Shown: positions 44,489 through 53,833 of the stretch, piece after piece
Layout of the letters: every line of letters starts with the position of its first letter
How positions within the stretch are numbered: the first letter of the stretch is position 1
From: an uncultured Solirubrobacterales bacterium
GTDB taxonomy: Bacteria > Actinomycetota > Thermoleophilia > Solirubrobacterales > Solirubrobacteraceae
Reading direction: 5' to 3'
Length of the DNA stretch: 64,000 nt
Assembly (NCBI GenBank): GCA_963804555.1
Contig: CAWDQX010000008.1
Coordinates: 9,813-73,812, forward strand
Made by a program: the position numbers and the translations under genes
Notes under the pieces: generated by a model
Told to the model about the DNA's origin: nothing
The model's input: the letters and a program-made list of their open reading frames with translations, nothing else
The model's database searches: none

Positions 44489-45534
44489 TCAGGGAGAGTA
44501 AGGCTGAGCCGCCGCGAAGTCGGCACGGAAGGTGTCCCCGGTGCTGGCGAGGATCACGGGATTCTGGGTGATGATGCCCAGCTCGCGGTTGTATCTGAGG
44601 CTCTGGCGGGAGAGGTTCTGCGAGCCGATGAACACGCTCCGCCCGTCGACGCGAATCAACTTGGCATGGATGTACAGCCCCCCCCCTTCCTCCCCGCGGC
44701 ACTTTCCGGATACGTACGCACCTGGGCGCCGCAGCCAGCCAGATAACCGAGCGCGGCCCGCCATGGCGCCTGGTAGGTCATCAGCACCTGCACATGCACG
44801 CCACGCCGCGCCGCTTGGCAGAGCTCGCTGGTGATCGCCGGGTCGTGCATCTCCTCGCTCTCGATTTCGAGGCTGTGCTGGGCGTGCGCGATCAGCGCAC
44901 TGATCGCCATCCCCGCGCCGGGGCTCCACACCAAGTCACCGCTGCCCGCGCTGGGGGTGAGCCGCTGCTGGCGCAGGTCGGCGTTGAACGTCTGTGCGAT
45001 CGCCGCCACGTCGGCGGGCCGGTAGTCGAGCACCGCGAAGTCGCGCGAGCTGGAGTAATAGACGGGGGTTAGGTTGAGCGTCATGATCGCCGCCACGCGC
45101 CGGTCGACCAGGATCGACTTCTGGTGGGTCAGCGCGAAGTAGCCGGGCGCCCAGGCTACGCTCACGCCGTGTGCGGCCAGGTAGTCGTAGGCCCCGTCGT
45201 TGAGCGCCCGCCCGGCGCCGTACTGGCCATCGTCGAGCAACACCTCCACGCGCACGCCGCGGCTGGCGGCCGCGACGAGTGCCTGCTCGACTCGTTCGTC
45301 GGTCAGCTCGTACATCGTCATCTCGATGCGCTGCCGGGCGCTGTCGATCAGCGCGATAAACGGCGTGTCGCCGGGGCCGGGCTCGGTGATCAGCGACAGC
45401 CCTTCGCCGCGGACGGTCGCACCGCCCCCGCTCGCACTGTCGACCCCGCGCGTGCTGTTGGCGGCGGGTATCGAGCACCCGCACAGGGCAAGTGACACCA
45501 CGACCCACACACCGACCCACGCACGAACGCCCAT
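44489..45534 (-). CDS. Phospholipase D-like lipoprotein (frameshift near 44690)
   Basis: Lipobox LCGC; two HKD motifs HQKSILVD and (alternate frame) HAKLIRVD...GSQN..NRELG. Confidence 0.85.
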
Positions 45535-45688
45535 GGCCCCTACTCCGACGGGTCGCGCGAAACGGGACATCTGGAGGGGCGCCGGCTCTAGGCTGTCTCC
45601 GCCGAGGACTAGAGTTAGGAAGCATCATGTACTCGATCGAGCGCAGCCTGAGCGCTGCAGATGCCCACGGAGTTGGGCAGGGCTTTCG

Positions 45689-46687
45689 ATGACTTCGCTG
45701 GCCACGAACGACTTCCGCTCCGCCGCTGGATTCCTGGCGCTGCAGTCCTTGCCACGGGTCGGCCCCGTGACGGCGCTGCACGCGACGCTTCACTCGACGC
45801 AGATGGAGCAACTGCTCGAGCGCTACGGCAGCGAGGTCGATGTGGCCTTCGAGGAGGCGCAGCGAAGCTTGTCGGATTACGCCGACGCGGACGTGCGGCT
45901 GGTGAGCTTCTTCGATGAGCGCTACCCCGATCGTCTGCGCAACCTCGCGGACCCACCGCCCCTGCTTTACGTGCGCGGCGATGTCGAGTTGCTGGCTCGC
46001 GAGCGGTTGGTTGCGGTTGTCGGCACGCGCGAGCCCACCCTCTTCGGAACCTCGGCGGCCGAGAACATGACCGCGGCACTCGCGGATGGCGGCTGGGGCA
46101 TCGTCAGCGGCCTGGCCAAGGGCATCGACACGATCGCCCACCGCACCACGCTCGAGCATGGGGCGCCGACGATCGCGGTGATGGGCGGCGGACTGGACAG
46201 CGTCTATCCGGCGGAGAACAGGGCGTTGGCCGCTCAGATCGTCGACGAGGGTGGGGCGTTGATCGCAGAGCAGCCGTTCGGCGAGCAAGCTCGCCCGCAG
46301 CACCTGATTGCGCGCGACCGTCTGCAGAGCGGTCTGTCGGTCGCCGTGGTCGTCGCACAGAGCGGTGTGAAGAGCGGGACGATGCACACTGCTCGCTTCG
46401 CGACCGCGCAGGGGCGCCCGTTGTTCTGTCCGGTTCCGCACAACGAGAACGGCGCCAGCGAGGGCCTGCGGGTATTGCTGGAGAGGCCCGCACGAGAGCT
46501 GTGCTCGATCCTGCCGGCGTGGAGTGGCGCGAAGGCGTTGTGCTCTCGCTTGGGTGACCAGCCGCTCGCTCGTCCAGTGAGCCGCGATGATCTCGGGGCG
46601 TTCGTGCAGGCGGTGGAGCAGGCGCGTGAATGGCCGGAGCTCAGCGGCGATCAACATACGCTGATCGTGCCCGCCGGCGTGGACTGA
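45689..46687 (+). CDS. dprA: DprA/Smf family protein (ShosA-like antitoxin candidate)
   Basis: YPDRLRNLADPPPLLYVRG, VAVVGTR, IVSGLAKGIDTIAH, RDRLQSGLS..SGTMHTA. Confidence 0.9.
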   Translation: MTSLATNDFRSAAGFLALQSLPRVGPVTALHATLHSTQMEQLLERYGSEVDVAFEEAQRSLSDYADADVRLVSFFDERYPDRLRNLADPPPLLYVRGDVELLARERLVAVVGTREPTLFGTSAAENMTAALADGGWGIVSGLAKGIDTIAHRTTLEHGAPTIAVMGGGLDSVYPAENRALAAQIVDEGGALIAEQPFGEQARPQHLIARDRLQSGLSVAVVVAQSGVKSGTMHTARFATAQGRPLFCPVPHNENGASEGLRVLLERPARELCSILPAWSGAKALCSRLGDQPLARPVSRDDLGAFVQAVEQAREWPELSGDQHTLIVPAGVD

Positions 46688-46716
46688 CGACGATCACAGC
46701 GAGGGCGCGTCCTCCA

Positions 46717-47946
46717 CTACGCCGAGGGTGCCTCCTCCGTATAGAGGCAGCCCCGGTAAAAGTTGGAACAGCCGATGAAGTCGCCGCGAGGGCCGGTCGT
46801 GATCAAGCGCAGGAAGCCGCCGCATTCCGGACAAGCGCGCGGCAACCTCTCCTGCGTGACGCCCAGCGCGAGGATCATGACTCGACCGGCGCCCTGAGCC
46901 AGCATTTGACGGCGGCACTCCTCGGCTTGCCCGCCGCTGGTGATGACGTCGTCGATCAGCAAGACGCGCTCATTGCTCAGAGCGGTTGAGGCGAAGCGCT
47001 CGCTCACTCTCCCGGGACGGTCCGCTGCCGGTTGATGCTTGTAGCCGTCGTCATCGAAGAGCTGTCGCAAGACGTCGCCTCGCTCGAGCGTGTCTGACGC
47101 GGTGGCGATGGCGGCGCGAACCTGGGCGAAGCGATCGTAGGTCTGGCCCGGCTTTGGTGGAACGGATGTGATCAGATCGACATCCATACTCTGCCACCGT
47201 GTGCTGGCGAGTCTGGCAAGCAGTTCCCCGACGCGCTCGGCGGCGTTCGGGTCGTTCTTGGCCTTGATGATGAGCCGCGAAAGTGCGTCGCCGGGGTGCC
47301 GGCTGTCGGAGACGGTGTAGTAGTGACCGGCGCCGTAGATCCCGTTGCCCAGTCGCAGTAACGAGCCCCAATGCCAGAGGGGTTGGTCCCCCGCCAGGAC
47401 CGCCTCGGCGAACGGGAAGCGAGGACCACTGTTGTTGAGCACGTCGATGAAGCGGTCCGGCGTGGCGATCGCGATGTTTGGCCAGCGACGGCGCCAGGAC
47501 TTCGGCGCGCGTCGTGACCACGCAACGCCGATGCCAATGGAGCCGGCGTTCTGGGCGGCTCCAATGTCGACGGCGTCGTCGCCGACCATGGTGCAGTCCT
47601 CGACGGGGACGCCGAGCTCGTCGGCGATCGCCCGCAAGGAACTTGGATCAGGCTTGGGCGCGTAGCCGTCGGAGCCGGTGATCAGAGCATCGTGGGGGAT
47701 GCCAAAGGCGCTGAGCAGACGCTCGGCGTACCAACGCGGGCTGTGAGTGATGACTCCCACTTGGAAGCCCATGTCCTTGACTTGGGCCGGAAGATCTGCG
47801 GCCTGGACGGTCGATTTCTCGTCCAGATAGGCTTCAACCTCATCGAGCCGAGCTGCGAGCTCGCGCCAACGACGATTCGCCCGGTCCTCCCGCAACATGC
47901 TGGTGTCCAATAGCGTCTCGTCGAGATCGAAGATGATCGCGGGCAT
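46717..47946 (-). CDS. HAD hydrolase - phosphoribosyltransferase - C4 zinc ribbon fusion (ShosT-like toxin candidate)
   Basis: HAD motif I FDLDETL, KPDP, VGDD..D; PRPP loop VLLIDDVITSG; CPECGG...FIGCSNFYRGC. Confidence 0.85.
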   Translation of the reverse strand: MPAIIFDLDETLLDTSMLREDRANRRWRELAARLDEVEAYLDEKSTVQAADLPAQVKDMGFQVGVITHSPRWYAERLLSAFGIPHDALITGSDGYAPKPDPSSLRAIADELGVPVEDCTMVGDDAVDIGAAQNAGSIGIGVAWSRRAPKSWRRRWPNIAIATPDRFIDVLNNSGPRFPFAEAVLAGDQPLWHWGSLLRLGNGIYGAGHYYTVSDSRHPGDALSRLIIKAKNDPNAAERVGELLARLASTRWQSMDVDLITSVPPKPGQTYDRFAQVRAAIATASDTLERGDVLRQLFDDDGYKHQPAADRPGRVSERFASTALSNERVLLIDDVITSGGQAEECRRQMLAQGAGRVMILALGVTQERLPRACPECGGFLRLITTGPRGDFIGCSNFYRGCLYTEEAPSA

Positions 47947-47971
47947 CGTGTGAGGCAGATCCTCCTACACG
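47916..47971 (+). repeat. 56-bp direct repeat, copy 1 (5' end and leader of the HAD-PRTase gene)
   Basis: 52/56 identical to 60023-60078. Confidence 0.85.
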
Positions 47972-48086
47972 ATGCGGAGGAGTAAATCCGACCAGGGCAC
48001 ACTGTTCGCCCTACTGGATTGACTCACCAGCTTGGCGGCTCGCGGATCTTCGCTCTGAGAAGGGGCGTGGGGAGCCACCCCACCCC

Positions 48087-48629
48087 TCAAGCCACCTCGC
48101 CCCAGCCGGCGCGCTGCAAGGCGGGCCGGTGAACGCTCAGCAAGCGCCCCGCAACCGCCCGCGCGGTGTAGCGCCCGGGCCACCAGACCGCGACCTGGCA
48201 TCCGAGTAACTCCTCGATGTCATCGATCGGCTCCCACCGCGGGTCGCGAAAATCCCCCTCGACACCGCCCTCTACCCTGCGCTCTCCTCGAACCCCCGCG
48301 CCATCCCAAACCTTCACGCCCCCCACAACCGACCGCCCCCCGAATCGCACGAGCGCGTACCTGGATGTCTGCAGCCCCTCGATCACGTCGCGATAGTGCT
48401 CAATCAAATGAAATTGGCGACCGTCCGCGAACAACCTGCGTTGCACGGCTGCGGCGACCGTCTCGATCACCAATGCGATCGCCGTGCCCGGGTTGTCATC
48501 CGGCCCACCGACGATTACGACAGGCAGCCGCCCAAGTTCCTCATAAACACGGACGTGGCACAACCCCTCGCTCCCATCGAGCCCTTGATATGGCATCAGC
48601 AACTCGCGCGTCAATTCGATATCGGACAT
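48087..48629 (-). CDS. Hypothetical protein
   Basis: 180-aa ORF with RBS GGAG; no recognised motif; skewed base composition, may be decaying. Confidence 0.5.
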   Translation of the reverse strand: MSDIELTRELLMPYQGLDGSEGLCHVRVYEELGRLPVVIVGGPDDNPGTAIALVIETVAAAVQRRLFADGRQFHLIEHYRDVIEGLQTSRYALVRFGGRSVVGGVKVWDGAGVRGERRVEGGVEGDFRDPRWEPIDDIEELLGCQVAVWWPGRYTARAVAGRLLSVHRPALQRAGWGEVA

Positions 48630-48762
48630 GTCTCACTCCGTTCGCTCTAAACAGTCACGTCTAAAAGCAGCCACCTCCTAATCCGACGAGCAGCTCAAAA
48701 CGGGACAGTTCGTGGTCTGGCAGATCCGCGTCGCTCCTGACGTATCGGCGCCGCACCCGGAT

Positions 48763-49126
48763 TCACCGCAGCCTCGAGACGAAGGCCAGGTAGTCGTGCC
48801 AGTCATGAGCTTGCGGCCGTGTCTCGAACGTAGCGTCTAGTGCGCGCATGATCGCTCCAAACTCGTGGTGTCGAATCCCCACTAACAACCGCGCAGCCAT
48901 GGTGGGATTGGCCGGCCTCCAGCCACTCACGACAGATGCGCGGGAAGTCCGCGACGTCGAAAGTCACGAGGATGCGCTCCTGGACGCTCGCGAGCTCCAA
49001 CAGCTCTTCATCCGGACATCCATCGAGATCGCGCTGCTCGTCGACTGCGAGCACATCGTGCTTGCGCTCTCTCAGGGCCGCACCGATCCGACGGCCCGAC
49101 ACGTGTGCGTCGAGGAGTAGGCGCAC
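48763..49126 (-). CDS. DUF5615 PIN-like toxin (frameshift near 48880)
   Basis: MRLLLDAH...DEELLELA...RILVTFDVADF; corrected frame ends ...DYLAFVSRLR* at 48763. Confidence 0.8.
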
Positions 49127-49133
49127 TTACCGT

Positions 49134-49562
49134 TCAGTCGAGCTCAACTGGGATGATGTCAGCGTGTGGATGCTCCGCGCGCAACTCAGCGAGCGGCCGC
49201 CGGTCCAGTGCGATGAAGTCGTCGATCTCCTGCGGAAAGCGCTCGTAGTAGCTAAGCGCGGTTCGCAACTCACGTTCGGTGAGGTCGGTTTCCGCAATCG
49301 CTCGATCGAAGCTCTCGCTGAAGTCCTTGTACGCCTCAATGATCTGCCACACGTCCAGGCTCGTGCCCATCAGCCAGGCGCGACGGTTGTAGTCATCACC
49401 ACGAAACGCAATCCCGGGGACCAGCCGAGCCTTCAGTGCCTCCTCCGCCAGTGTCTCGACTACGTTGCCCTTGCTGCGCTTCGTGCGCTTGGCCTCCGCT
49501 GAGACGAGACGGTCGGTCTCCTCCGAGAGACGCAAGCTGAACGGCGCTGACTTCCTGGTCAT
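49134..49562 (-). CDS. DUF433 antitoxin with N-terminal RHH-like segment
   Basis: FSLRLSEE..; PGIAFR...GTSLDVWQII...ALSYYERFPQEID. Confidence 0.82.
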   Translation of the reverse strand: MTRKSAPFSLRLSEETDRLVSAEAKRTKRSKGNVVETLAEEALKARLVPGIAFRGDDYNRRAWLMGTSLDVWQIIEAYKDFSESFDRAIAETDLTERELRTALSYYERFPQEIDDFIALDRRPLAELRAEHPHADIIPVELD

Positions 49563-49576
49563 GACTTCATTGTAGT

Positions 49577-49591
49577 CGATGTATTACATCG
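49577..49591. promoter_or_regulatory. Probable TA autoregulation operator
   Basis: Perfect palindrome CGATGTA-T-TACATCG 15 nt upstream of the DUF433 start. Confidence 0.6.
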
Positions 49592-49625
49592 TGCTCAGCT
49601 CGCCTATCGAGAGCTCACTGACCGA

Positions 49626-50150
49626 CTACAACGGGTCTGAGCCTTTGGCGGGCACGTAGCCCTCCCGCCCGGCGCAGTCCGGGCAGAGCGTTTTGTAGCG
49701 GCCGGCTTGTGTGCGGTGCAGCTGGCCTGCCGCACCGCAGAGCTCGCAGGTGACGCCCGCGCGCTTCTCGGCGCTGTCAACGAGCTGCTTGGCGAGCTCC
49801 ACGCGCCGCTCCAGGTCGTCGTCGACCTCCTCGCCGGGATCCCAGTAGTAGCGAAGGCCACCAAACTTCTCCTTCACTTGATGAATCACATAATTGGGCA
49901 GCAGCGCGCGCAGCTGCTCGTCGAGCTCGACCAACAGGGGATACCAGCCGCGGCTGCAGGAGATCCAGCGTCCCCAGCCGTCGGGGATGCGAGCGAGCAT
50001 CCCGCGCAGCGCGTCGGCGTGCTCGCCGGCGTCCTCGGGCACGTGCAGGGCGTTGAGGATCTGCTGGTCCTCGATGCCGCGTCCTAACACATCACTCGGC
50101 AGGGTCGCCTGGCCTGTCGCGGGGTCCTCTGTGCGATCGTCCTCGCTCAT
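49626..50150 (-). CDS. Hypothetical protein with QVKEKFGGLR motif and C-terminal CxxC...CxxC
   Basis: GWYPLL..QVKEKFGGLRYY..TCELCG..TLCPDC; motif recalled from phage/mobile-element proteins. Confidence 0.65.
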   Translation of the reverse strand: MSEDDRTEDPATGQATLPSDVLGRGIEDQQILNALHVPEDAGEHADALRGMLARIPDGWGRWISCSRGWYPLLVELDEQLRALLPNYVIHQVKEKFGGLRYYWDPGEEVDDDLERRVELAKQLVDSAEKRAGVTCELCGAAGQLHRTQAGRYKTLCPDCAGREGYVPAKGSDPL

Positions 50151-50217
50151 GATGAGCGGACAATACGTCGGCAGCAAAGGCCGTCCACGCACTCAAACCC
50201 CGTCTAACATATCGCGC

Positions 50218-50364
50218 ATGGGCTACGAGAAAATCAAGACCGAGCACGCCGGCGCGAAGAATGGCGGAGGTGCCTGGATGACCCGAGCAACAGCCAAGTT
50301 AATCTCCAAACACCAGCGCCGCCAAGTAGACAAGCAGGCAACCAAAGAATCAAATAAGCGATAG
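50218..50364 (+). CDS. Small basic hypothetical protein (48 aa)
   Basis: MGYEKIKTEHAGAKNGGGAWMTRATAKLISKHQRRQVDKQATKESNKR; TAACAT -10-like hexamer 7 nt upstream (leaderless). Confidence 0.4.
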   Translation: MGYEKIKTEHAGAKNGGGAWMTRATAKLISKHQRRQVDKQATKESNKR

Positions 50365-50391
50365 GGAATAAGAGACAGAGAGAAGTTCGCG

Positions 50392-50814
50392 TTAGCGAGC
50401 AAGTCGTCGGGGTACGTTGGCGAGGTGCTCCTCGCCGAAGGTTCTGACGTGCTTACGGTAGTCGCGGTCGGTGAAGGTCGTTCGATGCGGCTTGCGCATG
50501 CCGTTGATAACTACGATGCTCGGCCCTTTCAGCCCTCGGCTGCGCAGCTCGGTGGGTGCGGCGTTCTCGAGTAGGCAGAACAGGCGGAACTGCTCACGGC
50601 CCGGGCCTGTGAGACGGATCTCGTAGTAACCGCCCATCGTCCCGTGCATTACCTCCCACTTGCCCCCGCCGCTGAACTGTGGTGGCGGAGCGGTGGCGAC
50701 CGCGTCGAGCACGGCGTTGAACTGGGCATCGATCTTGGCGGGACACCCATCGAGGAAGACTGCAGCGGGAACGCTGCCATCGTGATGCTCGTAGTACTCG
50801 ATCTGCCAGTCCAC
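50392..50814 (-). CDS. RelE/HigB(Gp49)-like type II toxin
   Basis: WQIEYYE..G.VPA..FLD, YYEIR...FRLFC, INGMRK; downstream of the HTH gene. Confidence 0.7.
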   Translation of the reverse strand: MDWQIEYYEHHDGSVPAAVFLDGCPAKIDAQFNAVLDAVATAPPPQFSGGGKWEVMHGTMGGYYEIRLTGPGREQFRLFCLLENAAPTELRSRGLKGPSIVVINGMRKPHRTTFTDRDYRKHVRTFGEEHLANVPRRLAR

Positions 50815-50848
50815 CAGAGGTGAGACTAGCCACGTGCTAGGCGGACGG

Positions 50849-51199
50849 TCAGGCCGCGGGCGTGCTCACATGCTCGATGTCCTCGAGGCGCTTACGCTTC
50901 TTGCGGCGCGGGACGACGAGTATGTCCGCGTCGAGGTCGTTGGCGATCTGGACGACGAGCCTCAGCTCGGGGTTTGACGCTGCGGTGAACAGGCGGCGGA
51001 TGCTCGACGGGTTGCGCCCGATGCGCCGTGCAAGGTCGGTCTTGCTCGTCCCCGTGCTCTCGCGTAGCTGATCGAGAGAGCGAACGACGGAGTCGATCTG
51101 CTCGATCTCGCTCCGCGCGCGCTCGTACTCGGCGCGAAACTCCGGATCGCGCATTTGCTCAGTCTTGCGACGCTCGTGAAAGCTGGTCCGGCTCATCAA
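50849..51199 (-). CDS. XRE-HTH antitoxin
   Basis: DPEFRAEYE..LRESTGTSKTDLARRIGRNPSSIRRL..NPEL. Confidence 0.8.
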   Translation of the reverse strand: MMSRTSFHERRKTEQMRDPEFRAEYERARSEIEQIDSVVRSLDQLRESTGTSKTDLARRIGRNPSSIRRLFTAASNPELRLVVQIANDLDADILVVPRRKKRKRLEDIEHVSTPAA

Positions 51200-51248
51200 A
51201 ACTCCTGCTCGTGGTGATCACATCGTATCATAGGTGCAACGCGAAGGG

Positions 51249-51959
51249 TTATCCCCGAGCCCGTTTCGAGCGCCCGAAGTCAAACAGCACACTTGAGGCG
51301 GTGAAGTGCTTTATCGGACTGTCGAAGTAAGCGACCTCGGGCGTGCCGAGGCGTTTATCCCCGGCCAGTTGTCGGAGGTATTGGTGCACGATGCTCGTGG
51401 CGAGGGTGGTGTGCAGTAACTCGTGATCGCTGCTTGCACCGCCTCCCACGAGCCAGTGCAGCGGTTCCCTAATCTGCTTCGGCAGACCGCAGCTCCTGGG
51501 ATCGTCCCCCTGCTCGACCGTCTCTACTTGTGACTTCAGGTCGAACAGGCCAGGCTCGATCTCTACCAGCCGCTGAAACGCCTGCTCGATCGGCATCCTG
51601 CCGATCTCCTCTTCCTGAGCAAACAGAGCCGCTCGCTCAGGCGGAATCGGCGCCACGGTGGTGTCGGCAGCCGTGGCAGCCAACAGACGGTAGGCGCGAT
51701 CGTCGATGTAGTCATCACGCTGGCGGAAGTGGGTGAGGGTCTCCTGAACTACCTCCGGCCCGGCCACCTCCCGCTCGGCCTCCAGGCGCTCACAAAGCCT
51801 CGCCTTGGCCGCCTCGTCATCGAGCGGGCTGTAGGCCTCCTTGTGAGCCGCGCGGGTCACGGGCATCGTCCGCTCTGAGCGCGCCATCTGCTCCTGCACT
51901 GCCGGCGAGGCTTCGATCCGCTTCAGCACCGCCTTGCCCAGCCGCCCTCCCAAGCCCAT
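51249..51959 (-). CDS. Hypothetical protein
   Basis: Long ORF with GC3-rich codon usage; no motif recognised. Confidence 0.6.
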   Translation of the reverse strand: MGLGGRLGKAVLKRIEASPAVQEQMARSERTMPVTRAAHKEAYSPLDDEAAKARLCERLEAEREVAGPEVVQETLTHFRQRDDYIDDRAYRLLAATAADTTVAPIPPERAALFAQEEEIGRMPIEQAFQRLVEIEPGLFDLKSQVETVEQGDDPRSCGLPKQIREPLHWLVGGGASSDHELLHTTLATSIVHQYLRQLAGDKRLGTPEVAYFDSPIKHFTASSVLFDFGRSKRARG

Positions 51960-52206
51960 CAGCGCAGTGTAAGTCAAAATGGCCTCAAAACGAGGAATTT
52001 ATGCCACCAGGGGATCGCTCATCCTAGGGCCCTCATTCTCCCCTCGGCCTCGACCAATGGGGCAGGCAAACAAAGCGCCCGACCCAGACATCGCCCTTGC
52101 CGCCCTGGACCGCACCAGCGGTGAGCGTTTTCAGGCATTGCGGCGTCAACTGCCGGCCCTGCGGGTACCTTGGCCGTCGCGACGAGAACTTCCCTGTCGT
52201 GTGCCT

Positions 52207-52857
52207 TCAGCCGTCCAGCGCTTTGTCCCAGAATCCGATGAAGGTGAACAGGCGCTCACCTTCGTGCAGGGTGGCCGGAGCGCCTGTGAACCGCTGTGCT
52301 CCGACGGCCAAGTGCCCGGATTGATCGACTTCGAACGCCAGCTCCTCGAACCCTGAATCTGCGAACCAGTGCCGGATCGTGGGTGTGATGTCTGGCGGAA
52401 GGCGGTGGCGTGTCCAGATCACCGTCGCATCTGCGGCGCATAGCTGGGGGAGTGCCATGATCGTGCGCTGAATGTCCTCCGCCGAGATGTTGCCGAAGAC
52501 GCCACAGACGAGCACCAGGTCGGCCGGAACCGCACCCAAGTAAGAGTTGGTCAGCGACGCATCGCCGGTGACGACCTGCACCCCATTGAGCCCGGCATCC
52601 TGCGCGGCGCGGCGCGCGAGGAGCACGTTGTGCTCGTCGAGCTCGACCAGGCGAGCAGTCACATCTCCGCGTCGCTCGTGCCCCGTGAGCGCGCCGATCA
52701 GATCGTGTCCCTGCCCCGCGCACATACTCACCGCCTTGACCGGGCCGGGTGGCAGCCGGCCCAGCGCGGCGCGTATCTGCTCCCGCACGAGCACGAGGCG
52801 CTGGGCAAGCCCCGAGTCGGGGTTCTCGTAGGCATCGTGCCACGCTCGCCAATCCAC
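52207..52857 (-). CDS. Class I SAM-dependent methyltransferase
   Basis: SMCAGQGHD motif I, LVELD, GDAS, DLVLVCGVFGN. Confidence 0.8.
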   Translation of the reverse strand: MDWRAWHDAYENPDSGLAQRLVLVREQIRAALGRLPPGPVKAVSMCAGQGHDLIGALTGHERRGDVTARLVELDEHNVLLARRAAQDAGLNGVQVVTGDASLTNSYLGAVPADLVLVCGVFGNISAEDIQRTIMALPQLCAADATVIWTRHRLPPDITPTIRHWFADSGFEELAFEVDQSGHLAVGAQRFTGAPATLHEGERLFTFIGFWDKALDG

Positions 52858-53029
52858 GACGAGAGAGACTACGGGAGGCCTTCAGCAGGTGAGTCTGACA
52901 GGCAGCGATGGGGGTGCCCTCCTATTTCAACTCACCCGGATGCGCACCGATTGCCCAAGCTGGTCCTCGATAGGCGAGCGATCCTGCGCAGCCAACATCC
53001 GTCATACTCCAGCCTGGGAGCGAGCATCG

Positions 53030-53716
53030 ATGAACCGGCGAATTGAACTGCTGTGCGCGTGGTGCGGGCCAGCCTTCTTGGTTGTGTTCGTCGTTGGCCT
53101 GTGGTTCGTGGCCGGCCTGATACCGCCGCCGTCGCCGTCCGACAGCGCGGAGCACATCGCCGCCTTCTACCGTGGCCACGCGGGCCAAGTTCGGCTCGGC
53201 ATGCTCATTTGCATGCTCGGGTCGGTGCTGCTCGCGCCGTTTATCGCGCTGATCAGCCGTCAGATCCGGCGCAGCAGCCCGCGACTGGAGTTGCTCGCCG
53301 ATGTGCAGCTGATCTGCGGCGTCATCGGCATCATGATCCTCCTGCTGTTCGAGCTTTTGCTGGCGACGATTGCCTTCCGCCCCGATATGTCGCCGCAGGT
53401 GTTACGCGCATTAAATGATTTCGCCTGGACCACCTTGCTGTGGCCGTTCTCGCCCTTTTCGCTCGAGTATGCCGCGATCGGGATCGCTGTGTTGATGGAT
53501 CGCAGGGAGCGGCCGCTTCACCCTCGATCGGTGGGCCTCGTCTCACTCCTCGTCGCCGTGCTTTTCGCCCTTGGCGGTCCGACGTTGTGGGCGATGCACG
53601 GAGCATTTTCGTGGGATGGGCTGCTCACCCTGTGGGTTGTCCTTGGCTCGTTCGGGCTGTGGGTGTCCGTAATGTGCCGGTCAATGATTCAGGCGATCGC
53701 TCATGAGAAGGAATAG
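53030..53716 (+). CDS. Integral membrane protein (about 6 TM)
   Basis: Hydrophobic helices; PPPSPS..AAFY loop; FSWDG. Confidence 0.7.
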   Translation: MNRRIELLCAWCGPAFLVVFVVGLWFVAGLIPPPSPSDSAEHIAAFYRGHAGQVRLGMLICMLGSVLLAPFIALISRQIRRSSPRLELLADVQLICGVIGIMILLLFELLLATIAFRPDMSPQVLRALNDFAWTTLLWPFSPFSLEYAAIGIAVLMDRRERPLHPRSVGLVSLLVAVLFALGGPTLWAMHGAFSWDGLLTLWVVLGSFGLWVSVMCRSMIQAIAHEKE

Positions 53717-53833
53717 CAAACGAGGGAATAGCAGCGAGCCGATTTTTCGCTGTCCTTTAGGTAACGCGTTTAGGTTGCGTGGCGCAAAGAGGGAATGCCT
53801 GGTTCTGAGGTGAGGGGTATGGGGAGATAAAAT

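Noticed and set aside
44489-45534. PLD as a defence nuclease of the island
   Set aside because: It has a lipoprotein signal and two HKD motifs, which fits an exported phospholipase better
45689-47946. Natural-competence dprA/comF locus
   Set aside because: The PRTase is fused to HAD and a C-terminal Zn ribbon, there is no comM/yraN context, and the genes lie in a TA/defence island
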